A DNA stretch of 63,917 bases, counting the filler, from Octopus bimaculoides (taxonomy: Eukaryota), in assembly GCF_001194135.2 (NCBI RefSeq). It is 8 parts of 8 records of this genome, joined end to end, with 100 filler letters (N's around TTAATTAATTAA, not from the genome) between each part and the next. Parts side by side here need not be neighbours in the genome. Positions count along the whole stretch, not along the records: positions 29,113 to 55,562 come from NC_068981.1; 7 more parts are not named here. One strand, written 5' to 3'. The position numbers and the translations under genes are program-made. This document shows positions 38,759-52,689 of the stretch, piece by piece. Position 1 is the first letter of the stretch. Each line of letters starts with the position of its first letter. The notes below the pieces were generated by a model, which saw only the letters and a list, made by a program, of their open reading frames with translations, had not been told where the DNA came from and ran no database searches.

Positions 38759-40034
38759 CAGGGGTTGGACAAAATAATGGAAACACCTTAAAATTTCAAA
38801 CAAATTTATTTTAATATGGGGTAAGACTGCCTTTGGTAGTAATTACAGCTGAATTCTATGAGGTATGGACTCATACAAAGTTTGAATTGTTTCCAAAGAA
38901 ATTTTTATCTATTCTTCAGCTGAAACAGTCTCCAGTTCTTGTAGTGATGATGGTGGAGGATATTAACTCCTTAGTTGTTTTTCTAAAATGCACCATAAAT
39001 GTTCAATAATATTGAGATCTAGGGACTGTGGTGGCCAGATAAAATGTTCAACTTCAATAGAATGTTCCTTGTGTCATTCAGTAACAACTTTAGCTGTGTG
39101 AATTGGTGCATTGTCATCCTGAAAGATTGCATTTCTCTCTGGAAACAGTTCCACAACCATAGGTTGAATTTGATCAGATAAAATGCTTAAATAGTCTTGA
39201 CTGTTAATTCTGCCATGAAGGGAAACCACTGGGCTGGCAGATTTCCAAGATATAGCCCCACCCCCACCCCGGTCATCACACATCCTCCTCCATATTTAAC
39301 AGAAGGCAGTCTGGATCAAATGCTTCTTTTGGTTGTCTCCACACATATACTCAGTCAGTGGTTGTAAATTAGGTAAAGGATGACTCATCCGCAAAAACAA
39401 CATTCTTCCACTGCTGTAGGTACCAATTCTGTAGGTTTTTACTCCATTCTAAATGCTTTGCAACATTTGTTTCTGAAAGTAGTGGTTTTCTGATTGCAGC
39501 TCTCCCATGCAATTTTCGGCTTCGTGCAGCTCCCAGCAAACAGTCTTTGTGGAAACTGGGTTCTCGAGGTGGTCGTTAAGCTCTACAGTAATTTTGGGAG
39601 CTGTACTTTTGTGATCCTTTCTAACAATTCGCATAAGAGTCCGACGGTCCCTAATCTGAATGCTTTGGTTTCTTCCAGAGTTTTGTTTCGATGAGTAGGT
39701 TTTTTCCCTCTTTCTCAAAGGCTGTCATTACTTTCAAGACAGTACTTCTTGATACACCAAATATTTTGGCTGTTTTCGTTATGCTAACTCCTGCCATACG
39801 AGCACCAACAATTTGACCTCTTTGAAAGTCCAATAGATCTGTCATTTTAATGAATTTTAATTACCTTTTTCTGATGATTTCTGAAAAGAAACAGCAATTT
39901 AAGCAAAACATGTTAAGTAACACTAATAACAAATCAAAAAACATAAAAATAAACAAACTTTTGACGGTTTTATAGATATTTCAAAATTATGATGCTATGA
40001 TGCTAGGTGTTTCCATTATTTTGTCCAACCCCTG
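38759..40034 (-). mobile_element. Tc1-family (DD34E) DNA transposon, complete ends, frameshifted transposase
   Basis: Perfect 30-bp TIRs CAGGGGTTGGACAAAATAATGGAAACACCT, TA on both sides; GQIVGARMAG HTH, IFQDDNAPIHTA, PQSLDLNIIEHLW-like motif. Confidence 0.95.
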
Positions 40035-41363
40035 TATGTCTCAACAATTACATTACTAGCATATTGCAAAGAGCTGAAGTTATGCAATCGAGATTCAAGC
40101 AGAAAGCCTGAACTAGCATGGCCACATCATAATAAAATTTTATCCCTGCAAAAAAGTATCTCACAGACCGATGTAGTTATGGAATGTAACAGCGAAAAAC
40201 TTCACACATTATCAGGAAGATCTCAGAAAAAATTAGAGAGGTGATTTGGTGATACAGGATTCAAAAACATAAACTCTAAACTGCACTAGCTGAAACAACA
40301 ACTCACAGTTACAGCTGAAAATCTAAAATATGAATTTACAACATATAAACAGCAAATGCAAGGATCTCAAGTTAGTTTATCACAGCTTCAATGAAAAAGG
40401 CCCAATCTCTGTAAAAGACACCCCAACAAAAGATCAGGTTGAGAGCTACTGGAGATCTCTGTGGGAAACAAATGATCAATTCAACAAACAAACTACGGCT
40501 GAAAGAACTACTGCAGACATGTCCAACAAAAGCAATATGAAATAGATGGCAAAATACTGGAAACAGTTCCACAGAAAATGTCAAACAGGAAATCTCCTTG
40601 GCCCAGACCTCATACCAGGTTACTGGCTGAATAGTTTCAATTTTTATCAGCAAGATCTCATATGGTTGTATGGAGAAAGTATCAAGGGAGGACAAGACTT
40701 ACCTCAAAAGTTATCAACTGCAACCACTCTCTTCATCCCCCAAAATAGACAAACCACCCTTGCTAAAGATTGCCACCCAATAGCCTGCCAGAACATCATG
40801 TACAAATTATTCACTGAGTACCTCAATCTGTTCTTGCAGGACCATTGTGCCACTGACAACATTATAACACCTAAGAAAGTTGGAGGAAAGAAGGTGTGAG
40901 GCTGTATATAGTAGGTACTAATTAAGAAAATGATCTAAGAAAAAAAATACAGTAACTTAATGGTAGTGCAGCTGGAGTACCAGAAGGCTTTTGATAGTAT
41001 ACTACATGGGTGAATTATCAAGGCTTCACGGTTAGCCAAAGTGCCACAACCACTAGTGAGTGCTATTGAATACCTGACCAAGGCTTGGTACACTACTTTG
41101 CTCCTCAGAAGCGATAGGGAGCAGATTGACTCTGAGAGCATTTACTACCAAAAAGGCATCTTTCAGGGTGATAGTCTGTCAGTATTACACTTTGTGCTCT
41201 CATTAAATCCACTATCGTACTTGCTCACAAAACAGAGTGACCAGTGAAATGGATCTAAAAGTATCTTCCATCTTTTCTTTGTTGATGACCTGAAACTGTA
41301 TGGGCTAAATATCAACCACATAAAAAAGAAAAAAAACATTTGGACCTTATAACCCAATTTTCT

Positions 41364-41910
41364 TTGTAGCCAGCCTACTTATGCGTACCTTTCCTACATT
41401 GGACACTAAACTCTGCTTGCGAAGACTTGTTGAGGCAAGTGAAATCGAACTAAATTTGATGACTGGCACCCGTGCTAACGTCGTCTCCTTCATTGGACAT
41501 GAAACTCAGCTTGCGAAGACTTATTGGGGCAAGCGAATAGCAAAATCGGGATAGCACCTGTGCCCAGCGTTGCCTTTCTGGCACTTGTGTCTGTAACATG
41601 TGTAAGGATTTTCGAGCGAGATCGTTGCCAGTGCCCCTGGACTGGCTTTTGTGCGGGTGGCACATAAAATACACCATTTTGATCGTAGCCATTGCCAGTA
41701 CTGCCTGACTGGCCTTCGTGCGGGTGACACGTAAAAGCACCCACTACACTCTCTGAGTGGTTGGTGTTAAGAATAGCATCCAGCTGTAGAAACTCTGCCA
41801 AATCAGATTGGAGCCTGCTGTTGCCATCCGGTTTCACCAGTCCTCAGTCAAATCGTCCAACCCATGCTAGCATGGAAAGCGGACGTTAAACGATGATAAT
41901 GATGATGATG
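41364..41910 (+). mobile_element. Family C (RTE-tail) SINE inserted in the LINE RT domain
   Basis: Separates LDLITQFS from TGMKSSESKCAFL; internal duplicated blocks; (GAT)n tail. Confidence 0.85.
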
Positions 41911-44026
41911 ACTGGGATGAAATCTAGTGAGTCCAAATGTGCATTTTTAACATCTCCATGTTGTTGTTGCAATTTGTCACTCACGAGTTTTCTCTCCTGG
42001 GTCCTTAAAATAAACACTTCATAAAGTTTATTTCTGGTACTTTAAACTGGAAACAGCTTACTTTAAAATCAGAACAAGGCTAAACTTCTGGTTTGTGGCA
42101 TCATTTTCATTGTGCATTTACTCACTACAAGGTACACTGGCCACAGTTTTTTTTTTTTGTTTTTTACTGAACGAAAATGGTTGCTCCAGCATTTGATGAA
42201 GCTTTTCTGCATGAAATATTTGATTCTGACTCAGATGATAATTTCAAAGGATTTACTCAGGCAGATGTCGATGGTGAAATGATTTGAATTGATGATGAGG
42301 ATATAGATTATGTTTACAGTGATATTGAAGATGATGTACCGAGTGGATACTATCATCCATAGTTCGTTGATTTTAAGGAGAAAAGTGGCCCCAAGGAGAT
42401 ACCTGATGGTATCTCCTTGGGGGAAATTCGTTTGTCTCCTTCTTAATGACAAAATTATAACTTTGTTTATCAATGAGACAAATATATATGCTAGTCAGTT
42501 GAAGGAAAAGAGAGGGGGAAATGCTAGTGCCCACCCATATATCAACACATGTAAGGATGCCACTTTTGAAGAAATGAAGGCATTTGTCACAATTTTACTT
42601 TTGATTGGGCTCACCAAATACTCATCATATGAATTATATTGGTCTGCTGATGACTTTACTGAGATACCAGGCTTCAGACACATCATGTCAAGAGACAGAC
42701 TTTTGAGAATCCTGTCCTTTTCCCTTCTTTCAGACAACTCCAAAGTAAAACCAAGGAATCACCTTGAGCATGATAGAGCTTACAAAACCCGACCACTTTT
42801 TGAAAACATTGTGCCACTGTGGAAAAAATACTTTTATCCTGGAAAGGAACTTTCAGTGGATGAAAGTATGATTCCTTTCAAAGGAAGAACAGGCCTACTG
42901 ATCTACATGCCAGCAAAACCAACCAAGTGAGTTTTGAAAGCCGGGGGGCTGGCTGATGCAAAAATTGAATTTTTGCATCAATTGGCAGCTGTAGTTGGGC
43001 TGAGAGAATGTACAAAATACGAGCCATGTCATTTACATGGGCAATTTTTCTTTTTTTTTTTTTGTTGCCTGCATTATTTTATGGACCTAACCCAGCATAG
43101 AACAGGGACATGTGGATCATTACATGTAGACCACCAGAATGTGTCTGATGAAATCAAAGCAACAAGACCCCCAAGCAGGCAATCCTCCCTTTACACACAG
43201 AGATGGATACATTTTGTACATTTCCTGATATGACAAAAGACCTGTGGATCTTCCAACAACTGCCCACTCTGCTAAGACCTTCAGAAAAGAAGTTTGTTCA
43301 AAGTGTCATAAAGGTCATACCAGGATTGTGTACAAACCTTGTTCTGTACAGTCCTATCTCAGCACATGGGGTGGGGGATTGACAGAGTGGACAAGCAGAA
43401 GACGTATTACATGGTGCTGCATGGATGTACTAAATGATGAAAGGACGGTTTCTTCTATTTTTAAAAAATATGTTTCTACAATGCCCTTGTCATCTGGAAA
43501 GCGGGTCAATGCTGAAAAGTTCAGGCTCAAAATTGTGCTTTCCCTGCTGGAAGGCTACCAGTCAGGTGCGTCTCACAGGAGAAGGAGAATATCAGAAGCC
43601 CCTCCCACAAAGAGGCTGGTGTTAACACAACACCACCTTATTATTAACCCCAAGCACCTAAAATCTGGTAGGCCTTCTCACCCAAATTGTGCTGTTTGTT
43701 CAAACAAAGAGAAGAGATGCCACCAGACCCAGTTTTCTGCAGTAGATTCCCTATACTCCTGCTTCCAGAGGTATCACAGTCTCGTAGATTAAAAAGTAGA
43801 CTGCTCCCTAGAACTCCATAAAAAGTGATCAAAGTATGTTGAAAGTATATCAACACATTTGCTTTTTGTTTTTGTTTTCGATGTTAAAACATGAAGATTC
43901 ATGCAGAACATATTGCATTACATCAAAATATTACTCATCCATTTGTTTATTAGTATACAAAAAAGTTGACTCTGTGCACATAATACAACAAAAAGTTATA
44001 ACAATTTTAAAACAGTAGGTGCTCAT

Positions 44027-44201
44027 ACAGTTCTATATTTAAGAGATGAGGAATTATGTACATTATTTACATTCAATGGATATTTCTCCTCATCTTGTTT
44101 CCCCAAGACACCTGAAGAAGGCTGGAGGGTATATCAGCCGAAACGTTGTGTTAACAGCAAACAAGATGAGGACAAATACCCATTGAATGTAAATAATGTC
44201 A
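44027..44201. mobile_element. 175-bp foldback insertion with a 13-bp TSD, enclosing a hammerhead motif
   Basis: AGTAGGTGCTCAT at 44014-44026 and 44202-44214; ~41-bp inverted arms at about 44060-44100 and 44159-44199. Confidence 0.85.
44107..44152 (+). ncRNA. Minimal type I hammerhead ribozyme (CUGAAGA core)
   Basis: GACAC-CTGAAGA-A-GGCTGG agggtata TCAGCC-GAAAC-GTT-GTGTT; loopless palindromic AACGTT stem III. Confidence 0.8.
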
Positions 44202-45364
44202 AGTAGGTGCTCATGGTCTTTGCACCCTCAAAAATAATGCAGTGGCAGGAGAAACAGTTCTAGGGGTAGATCTGTGTGCTATAAAGGTTAGTAATAAAAC
44301 ATGGAAAAGTTGTGCCCCCTTCTGAAGATCTAAGAATGACTGGCTTGACAATACAATCTCTACAGTCAGGTTACAAATATAGATATCTCAGACAAGATGA
44401 GAATGGCAGATATGATGGACCCATAAAGAAGGAGAGGACCAGAAATGAATACTTCCGCAGAATAAAGGGAATATGGTCATCAGAACTCTCAGCTTAGAAC
44501 AAGCATATTGCCCACAACACCTTTAGTAAAAAAAATAGACCACTTCACTAAACAGATAGTACATGGGTATTGTGCACATAAAATATACGCCATAGAAGGG
44601 ACTGATCATGTCAAGAGCTTACATGGAATACCAACAAGTTTACAATATTCCACTTTGAAGGCTATGTCCAAGTAAAAGAGATCCACACCAAGTACCTACA
44701 GCATAAAAGTCAGAAAACTTTGACAGACAACAAATGTAAACTTTGAAAGGCCAAGACTGAAGACATCAACCATATTATTGCCAACTGTGAGAGAATATCT
44801 TCCAGATTTTATCTTCTCATGAGGCATAATGCAGTGGCCAGAATGGTCGGGAACTGGATTACAAAAAAGAAAATACCAACAAGGTTGATCATATTGAGAC
44901 TGATGGGTCAAAAGAATACTGGTGGAACTTAAAAATTAAAACAGCCACCAAGTTAAAGCACAACCAGCCAAATGTTGTGTGGGACTACAAAGAAAAGATA
45001 TGTTTTGTTGTGGAAATCAACTGCCCTCTGGACATGAATGTGGTTAGAAAGGTACAAGATACATTAATATGGAGTTTACAAATCCAGTCCACAAGATATA
45101 CTTTCAGTTTCATACCTATTATTATTGGAGCAAAAGGGTATATATCAAACAATTTGGGGCAAAGTATGGCTGAACTTGGATCTTGGGGAGAGAATGCAAA
45201 TCCTTAATTCATATGCTGCAAATGATCATGATATTTGGGACTATAAAAATCTGCAAGACCTTAAAATTTAAAGAATGATGGTTAAAAGAAGATACTTTCC
45301 TTCACAACCTTGTTATCAAGTATGTGGCTGGTCAAAATTTGCCCTAAAATTAAAACGAGAAAGA

Positions 45365-45458
<94 letters not shown>

Positions 45459-45507
45459 CACACACACAGATATAAGTACACTATATAGAGAGTTACTACA
45501 AATATCA

Positions 45508-45548
<41 letters not shown>

Positions 45549-46439
45549 TATACATACATTTACCTGTCAGTATATATATATATGAATTTAAGCACAATAT
45601 ACATATTGTTATTTATATATGTACATTTATAGTTACATTAAAAGACATGTTGCACACATGGAAGCATACTCATAAATGTGTACAGGCATCTACAAATATA
45701 AGAATGAAAGTGTATGCATAGCTTTGAGTATACATATTCATGCATACAGACAGATGTAGATCATATACAAGCAAAGAGAAACCCACAAATATTATGACAT
45801 CATGGCTGCTTGTAATGTACATTTTGAGGAATGATGAGGATTAACAAATATAGAATGATTGTTGGGTAGGTTTTTGTTGTTGTCTTGAGTTCAGTTTTTT
45901 CATATGAAAGGAGTTTATGTCTCTGCAAAGGATTTCTTTGGTTTTAAGGTTGAAGGCTTTGAGTCTTTTCAGATATGCAAAAAGAGTAAAATTTGAAGAC
46001 TAATTTGTATGGATTACTTCTATTCATAATGCTCCAAATAATAAAGCAATGCATGCTGGAGTTTTTCAGAGACATATGCGGTTTGAAGGTATGTGTATGT
46101 AAATGTGTGTGTGAGAGAGAGTTTCATGCATTGTTACTTATCTAGCTGGTTTCATTGGCACTGACTGAAAGGATAAATATGAAAAAAATTAGAAAAATCT
46201 ATGATGTCACATGAATAATGCATATTTTATCAAATAGTTTGCCTGTTCAGTAAATAAATAAATAAGATAAACTAAAATAAAATAAAGTTAAAGGAAAGGA
46301 GACAGAATAGATATGCATATACACTCATACACATAAACAAAGGTTCCAGCATATATACACTTATATACATGCATATGTATATATACACATACATACACAC
46401 ACACACATGTGGACAACTAACTGATAATAAATATATATT

Positions 46440-49400
46440 GGACTTTTTCTCCTCATATCAATGAATGAGGGTTCAGCAGGACATAACTGCACAGTGTTCT
46501 CAGTTTGATGTTGATGTTTTGCCATGTCATCTCATATGGAAATGCAGACCTATTTTTCATATCCTGCTGCAGATATTGCAGTAGTGATCTCCCTCATTTA
46601 GAGGGTAGATTGGATCTGGCTCTATGCTGGGCTCTCTCTGGGTTTTAATGATAGCTGCCTCAAATTCATAGTTGTCTTGGTAGCAATAGCTTCTCCATTG
46701 AGTTCTATTCAGTACTAACAATTCCCATGTCTTCAGGTTTATCTTACTGATTTTCAAGTAGATCTTTAGGGTATCCTTATAATGTAGCAGTGAGTGACCT
46801 TGGTGCCTAGTACTAGAGCTAAGCTGACCATAGAAGAGAGCTTTAGATGTGTGAGTATTTTCCATGCAATCCATATGGCTAACCCACCTCTGTTGCCCTT
46901 TTATAAGGAAACTCTCTTTACCTAGAATGTCACATCTTGCAAGAACCTTTGTGTTGGGGATTTGTCCTGCCACTTGAGGCTGCAAATTTATTAAAGGCAA
47001 TAGAGATGGAATAAGTCTAGCAGGTCACAGAGCGGATCATAGCCCAACTAATTAGGGAGAGAGTCCGCTTAGATGAGATGCAGTTTGGTTTTGTTGCCAG
47101 GTAGAAGCACCACTGATGCTATATTCTTGGTAAGGCAACTGCAGGAGAAATACCTAGCCAAAGATAAACCCCTATACTTGGCTTTTGTTGACTTGGAGAA
47201 AACCTTTGACAGGGTCCCCCGATCCCTTATCTGATGGGCGTTGCGGAAACTAGGGATAGACAAGAGGTTAATAAAAGCTGTACAGGGATGCTGTCAGTAA
47301 GGTAAGGGTTGGCAAAGAGTATGGTGAAGAATTCCAGGTAGAAGTAGGGGTTCACCAAGGATCAGCCCTCAGCCCCCTCTTATTCATCATACTCCTCCAG
47401 GAAATAACAGAGGAATTCAAGACAGGCTACCCTTAGGAGCTACTCTATGTTGATGACCTTCGTCTCATAGCTGAATGACTGCCAGAACTAGAGAAGAAAT
47501 TTCAGGTGTGGAAGCAAGGTTTAGAATCGAAGGGCCTTAGATTCAATGTTGCAAAGTCCTAGTAAGTAGGAAGGCGGACAAATCACAAACCCCTTCAGGT
47601 AGATTGCCCTGCTTGATCCATAGAAAAGGTGTAGATAGAAACTCCATAAGATGTACCTAGTGTAAGCTATGGACACATAAGAGGTGCAGCAACATCAAAG
47701 AAAGATTAACCGGGAAGCTAGCCTTCATGTGTGGCAGATGCACAGGTGCAATAAACACCACAGATGCTCAGAAAACAGATTCCATCACATGCCAGGGGGA
47801 GAAACTAGAAGTAGTTGATAGCTTCTGCTACCTAGGTGACCAAGTTAGTAGTGGGGGTAGATGCTCAGAGTATTACCACTAGAATAAGAATAGCCTGGGC
47901 AAAGTTCAGAGAGCTCCTACCTCTACTGGTGACGAAGGACCTCTCGCTCAGAGTGAAAGGTAGACTGTATAATGCATGTGTGCAAATTGCCATGCTGCAC
48001 AACAGTGAAACATGGGCCATAACTGCTGAAGACATGTGTAGGCTTGAAAGAAATGAAGCCAGTATGATCCGCTGGATGTGTAAGGTCAGTGTGCACAAAT
48101 CAGGCAGTAAAATCCAAAATCAAAATCACGATCAAAAATGGAAATTGTAGTTGTGGCTGATGTCAGTGCTGCCTGACTGGCTCTCGTGCTGGTGGCACAC
48201 AATAAGCATCACTCATGCATGTGTCATTGTCAGTGCCGCCTGACTGGCTCCTGTGCTGGTAGCACATAAAAAGCACCATCTGAACATGACCGATGCCAGT
48301 GCTGCCTGACTGGCTCCCGTGCCGGTGGCATGTGAAAAGCACCCATTACACTCTCGGAGTGGTTGGCGTTAGGAAGGGCATCCAGCTGTAAAAATATTGC
48401 CAGATCAGATTGGAGCCTGGTGCGGCCTCCTGGCTTGTGAGTCCCCAGTCAAACCATCCAACCCATGCCAGCATGGAAAACGGACATTAAACGATGATGA
48501 CGATTTGATATGGTACCTGCAAAATGTCCACGTTTCACAGCCACATAAGAGAAAGGTAAACACTACTGCCTGGTACACTTTGATCTTGTGATCCAGCTGA
48601 TGATCTCTCTGCAGTCTGTGCTGGAGTCTATCAAAAACTGAGCTCATCTTAGACAATTGCTGGGTGATATATTTTATCCAGTTGACCATTGTTTTGACAA
48701 GATGCTTCCCAGGTAGTATAATTTGGGGACACTATTTAGAGGGGTATTGCTTAACATAATGATAAGATACTGTTTGGATGTCAAGGTGCTGGCTAGTGTA
48801 AAACCTCAGTCTTCCTCAAGTTTATTGTTAGGCTGAAGTATTTGACAGCAACTAATAATTGGATGTCCTATAGAAAGAGCACTATTATGGCACAGTCATC
48901 AACAAATAGAAACTTTTTGAGAATTTGTTTCCTGACTTTGATTATGACTCTCATATTGTAGATTGAAAATGTTGCCATATGTCCTAAGGTGGATATGCAT
49001 ACCTTCAACATTTTTGAATATGACCAGTGACATGGCTAAGAAGTAGATTGCAAACAAGACAAGGGCCATTATACAGCCCTGCTTTGTCCCATTCTTTACA
49101 AGGAATGTACCAGAAGCTGAGCCATTCTTCCATTATGGAGGCCATCATACCATTTTAGAAAGATCTTATTATCTTGGTCATCTTTTTGGGGTACCCAAAT
49201 TTGTGCAGAACTTTCCAGAGAGTATAGCTGTTTACTGTATCAAATACTTTTGTTAAATCAACAAAGACCATGTACAGGTCCTGGTTCTGCTATTCTGGCC
49301 TTCTGCTGGACCTGACATGAAGCAAATATCCTATCAAGTGATCTTAACCACCATGAAAGCTACATTGTGATTTAGGGTACACAGTATCCATTAGATGAAG

Positions 49401-51400
49401 AATAATCCTGTTGAACATGACTTTGGTGAGTAACCTTTTCATTTGTACAGATGTATTATTGTGGCATCTTTGTAATCCTTAGGGACAACAACTTGGTTTG
49501 ATATGTCCTGAAAAAGCTTGACAAGTTTTTTTAACCAGGTACGTTCCATCATGCTTGTAGACCTTGTTTGGTATGCTGCCCAAGCCTGGTAACTTCCTGG
49601 AGGACAGCTGCTTTATAGCTTTCATCACTCCTAACAGGAATGTTTTCAAGTTAAACTGATCCAAGATAGTGTGTTGTGGGAGGGAATCAATGATGTCATT
49701 ATTGCTGTTGGCTGTATTGAAATTCTCTGCCCAACAAGAGAGGATGTCATTCTTACCTGTAAGAAGCTAGGTGCCATCTGATATGAGAACTGGTGCAGTA
49801 CTATTGAACTTGGGACCATAGATTGCCTTGAGACTCTCATAGTAGTTCATCATGTAATGTTTGTCAACAACTGACTGTAGTTCAGATGCTTTGTTTTCCC
49901 AACATAGGTTCTTCATGGTTCTCAGTCTGATCTGCAGGGTTTGTTTTGTCTGATGGCCCCTGTTGATGATTTGATTGAGATGTATACCTTATGAGAGAAT
50001 GCATTTTGTTAATGAGTTTTGCAATGTCCTGATTGCTCTCATTGAACCAGTCCTGATGTTTGCACTTGGCAAAACCAAGAAGCTCAGAAGCTGTTTTATA
50101 TGCAAGTTGCTTTATGTTTTCACAGTATTCAAAGTGTTATCTAAGATGCTGTCCAGAACTTTGTCCAAGGTCTGTTCAAGTTTAGTGCACTTTTCCTTCA
50201 CGTTGAGTGCATAGATTGAGCCTTTTTACAAGTTTGGCTCTTTGTCTAGGTTGTTTGGCTGTAAATTTTAATGGCAGGATGTCTGTGATCTGGCCAGCAA
50301 TCTGCACCTCTGAGTCATCTAGTAATTTAAATGTCCTTCTGTCATATAATCACATAGTCTGTCAGATGCCAATCTTTTGGTCTGGAGTGCATCTAGGTTG
50401 TTTTTTGCCTGTTGGCTAGTTGGAAGACTGTGTTAGTAAGTTTCAACTCTACATTTTGTTAGGTGGAGGTGATCATTAGAATTCTCCTTTCCAATGCCAA
50501 GCTTCATTAGTACACCCCTCCATGTAGAGTCATCCTCCCCAACCCAAGTATTGAAGTCCTCAGGAGGATTAGCTTATCTTTGTAATGGTACTCCTCTAAT
50601 TGCTCTATGAAAAAAGGTCGCTATAGAAGACCTTCTTTGATTTCTCCTTGTGGGTCATAGTTTGGACATAAGCACTTGTGATGGCTGCATGCTGGTTACT
50701 TGCCAGTTCCAGACATGTCATGAGAGGGTCATTGATTCCTTTCAGCAAAGCCTACACTTACTTGTCTAGACTTCTCTTTGGACTTTCCAATCTGGATTAT
50801 ATAGGCTGCACTGACCTCCTCTAGCTGACCCTCTTTTCAAATCTCATCTCATTTAATGCAACTATATCAATGCTGTATCACCCTATGACTGCCTGTGTGC
50901 AGGGTCAAAGCTGAAAATATCCACTAACATCTACCTGTCTTCATCACCTCTTTCTCTATTAACACTGGTATTATAATCAAATGGAGGAAGTGTGATCATG
51001 TTGATGCTGATGTTTTTGGTTTACTGAAGCACCTGCACAATGAATATTATTGTAGCAGGCATGGTTTGTGCTGAGCCAGTCCCATTCTCTTGTCCTTCAA
51101 ACTTATATTGCTGTGGTACAGCAAGTGCTAGAGCTCAGTAGTTATAAGGATGCAGGATTTATATAAAGTTATCTCCTTTTAGATAAGTAGCTAAAAAGCT
51201 AAAGGGCCTCATCTAACCTGGGTCTGTTGGGTGACTGTGAGTAACCATCTCCAAAGGCAATTACATGCTATAGTTGGTATGCTGGCAGATGCTGCTGCTC
51301 TGAATTGGAGTAGACCCGAGAAGAGTAATGACTAAGAGGGGTTCCACACTCCTTAAAATCCCAAAACTCCCAAATCAGGTTCCCACTACTAGATGCTGTT
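46440..51400 (-). mobile_element. Near full-length RTE (BovB-like) LINE, decayed, split by an opposite-strand RTE at 47001-48505
   Basis: WHLTDYVI (APE), KIKVYQAVV...GCETWT, KWQDKI, RWVSH...YKDTLK...TWE; boundaries approximate. Confidence 0.8.
47001..48505 (+). mobile_element. 5'-truncated RTE-clade LINE (second family) with the family C tail
   Basis: QFGFV..STTDAIFLVRQLQEK, AFVDLEKTFDRVP, GVHQGSALSPLLF, LYVDDL, RIAWAKFREL; tail ends (GAT)n. Confidence 0.9.
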
Positions 51401-52275
51401 TAAAGTTGTATCCAGAACAAATATACATACATACATATTATATAATATAACATAATAAATATCATAATATATATTATATATTTATATTAGATATGATAAA
51501 ATACAATATATTTCACACTTCAACAGTAACTGGTATTATAATCAAAATGAAACTGCAAATTTTTATTGTGAATTATATTTATCAATTTCACACTTATACA
51601 TACATATGAAATTGAATATTAAGTTTTTTTCTTTTCAAAATATTACTGGAAGAAGTAGTAGAAATTCTCTGACAACTATTGCTCACTCTTTCTAGTGGTG
51701 TGGCAAGAAGCCACATCCTGCTGTTACACATACAACTTTCCAGCAGCAATCCTCTTCAGCCAGGTTTGGCCACAGTCTTCATTAACTTCACATAACCATC
51801 TGAATTGTGCCTAAAGCTCTATTTAAGGATGTGGGGAAGAATTCTGGCATGCAGATGCAGTCAGAATGCCAGTTGCATCCTTCCTGCTGGCCACAGCTTT
51901 GTATTCTCTGCTACAGCTGTCCATTATCATATCTTAAAGACTTTACAGTGTTCAGAGAGCATTGATGCTGTCATGATTTTGGCATTTTGATGTCCTCTGA
52001 ATATTGGAAAAAAGTTACCTGTATCATGATTATTAGTGCCAGGGTTAGGATTAGGGTATCAAAATTCCATGCTGCAGCACGGAATTTTGTCAGTGAACAG
52101 GTCTCGGTCTCAAAGCGATGAAAATATTTTGGCAAATTAAATTTAAATGTTGAAGTGAATCTAACGGTTTTTGTGTGCTTCTTAAATGGCTTATAAACAC
52201 CTTCCATGCTGCAATTGTTTTCGTTCCAGCACACGATCTCAGATCAGGTCCCTTGCTATGCAAGTACATCTCCAT

Positions 52276-52311
<36 letters not shown>

Positions 52312-52459
52312 CATATATACTTTATTGAAAAGCAGCCAAAAATTTATCACAGAAACAGTTACCCAGAGTTTCACATTCCCGTTTGTCAGACAGTTTTGTT
52401 TAGAATGGAATAGAAATAAGGTTATAAGCAAACATATACAATTAGTTTACTGGATACAC

Positions 52460-52680
52460 ATTTGCAAATGGTTTTGTTTCATTGGTCCTTTCAACTAACG
52501 GTCTTTAGCATACAATGAACAAATTTAAAAAATCATCCCATTATAAAATCGAAGAAAACCTTAAATCAAAAAAAGTTTATAAAAGGACAGAGTCTAAATA
52601 CATAGGGTAAATAATTATTTGTAAAATATAAATCAACACATTAAAAATTATATCTGTTTAAAAATTAAAAATCAAAACTT
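52460..52680. repeat. Left arm of a ~220-bp inverted repeat (right arm 55341-55562)
   Basis: Its reverse complement aligns by eye at roughly 90%; the right arm is cut by a scaffolding linker. Confidence 0.9.
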
Positions 52681-52689
52681 AGGAAGAAT

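Larger units (their letters stand above)
41951..44287 (+). mobile_element. piggyBac transposon (decayed transposase at ~42177-43792)
   Basis: SDSDDNFKGF, ELSVDESMIPFKGR...YMPAKPTK, HMG.GIDRVD, Cys-rich C-terminus; bounded by TTAA (41947-41950) and TTAG (44288-44291), across which the host LINE frame rejoins; left TIR not recognisable. Confidence 0.85.
38196..45275 (+). mobile_element. Near full-length R4/Dong-like LINE, decayed and interrupted by Tc1, a SINE and piggyBac
   Basis: N-terminal QWTYNLNKGLYEAY...LWNSKH; RT IPGYWL, QKAFDS, GIFQGDSLS, VDDLKLY; C-terminal CKLC...HIIANC and VVEINCPLD; the reading frame resumes across the insertions. Confidence 0.85.
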
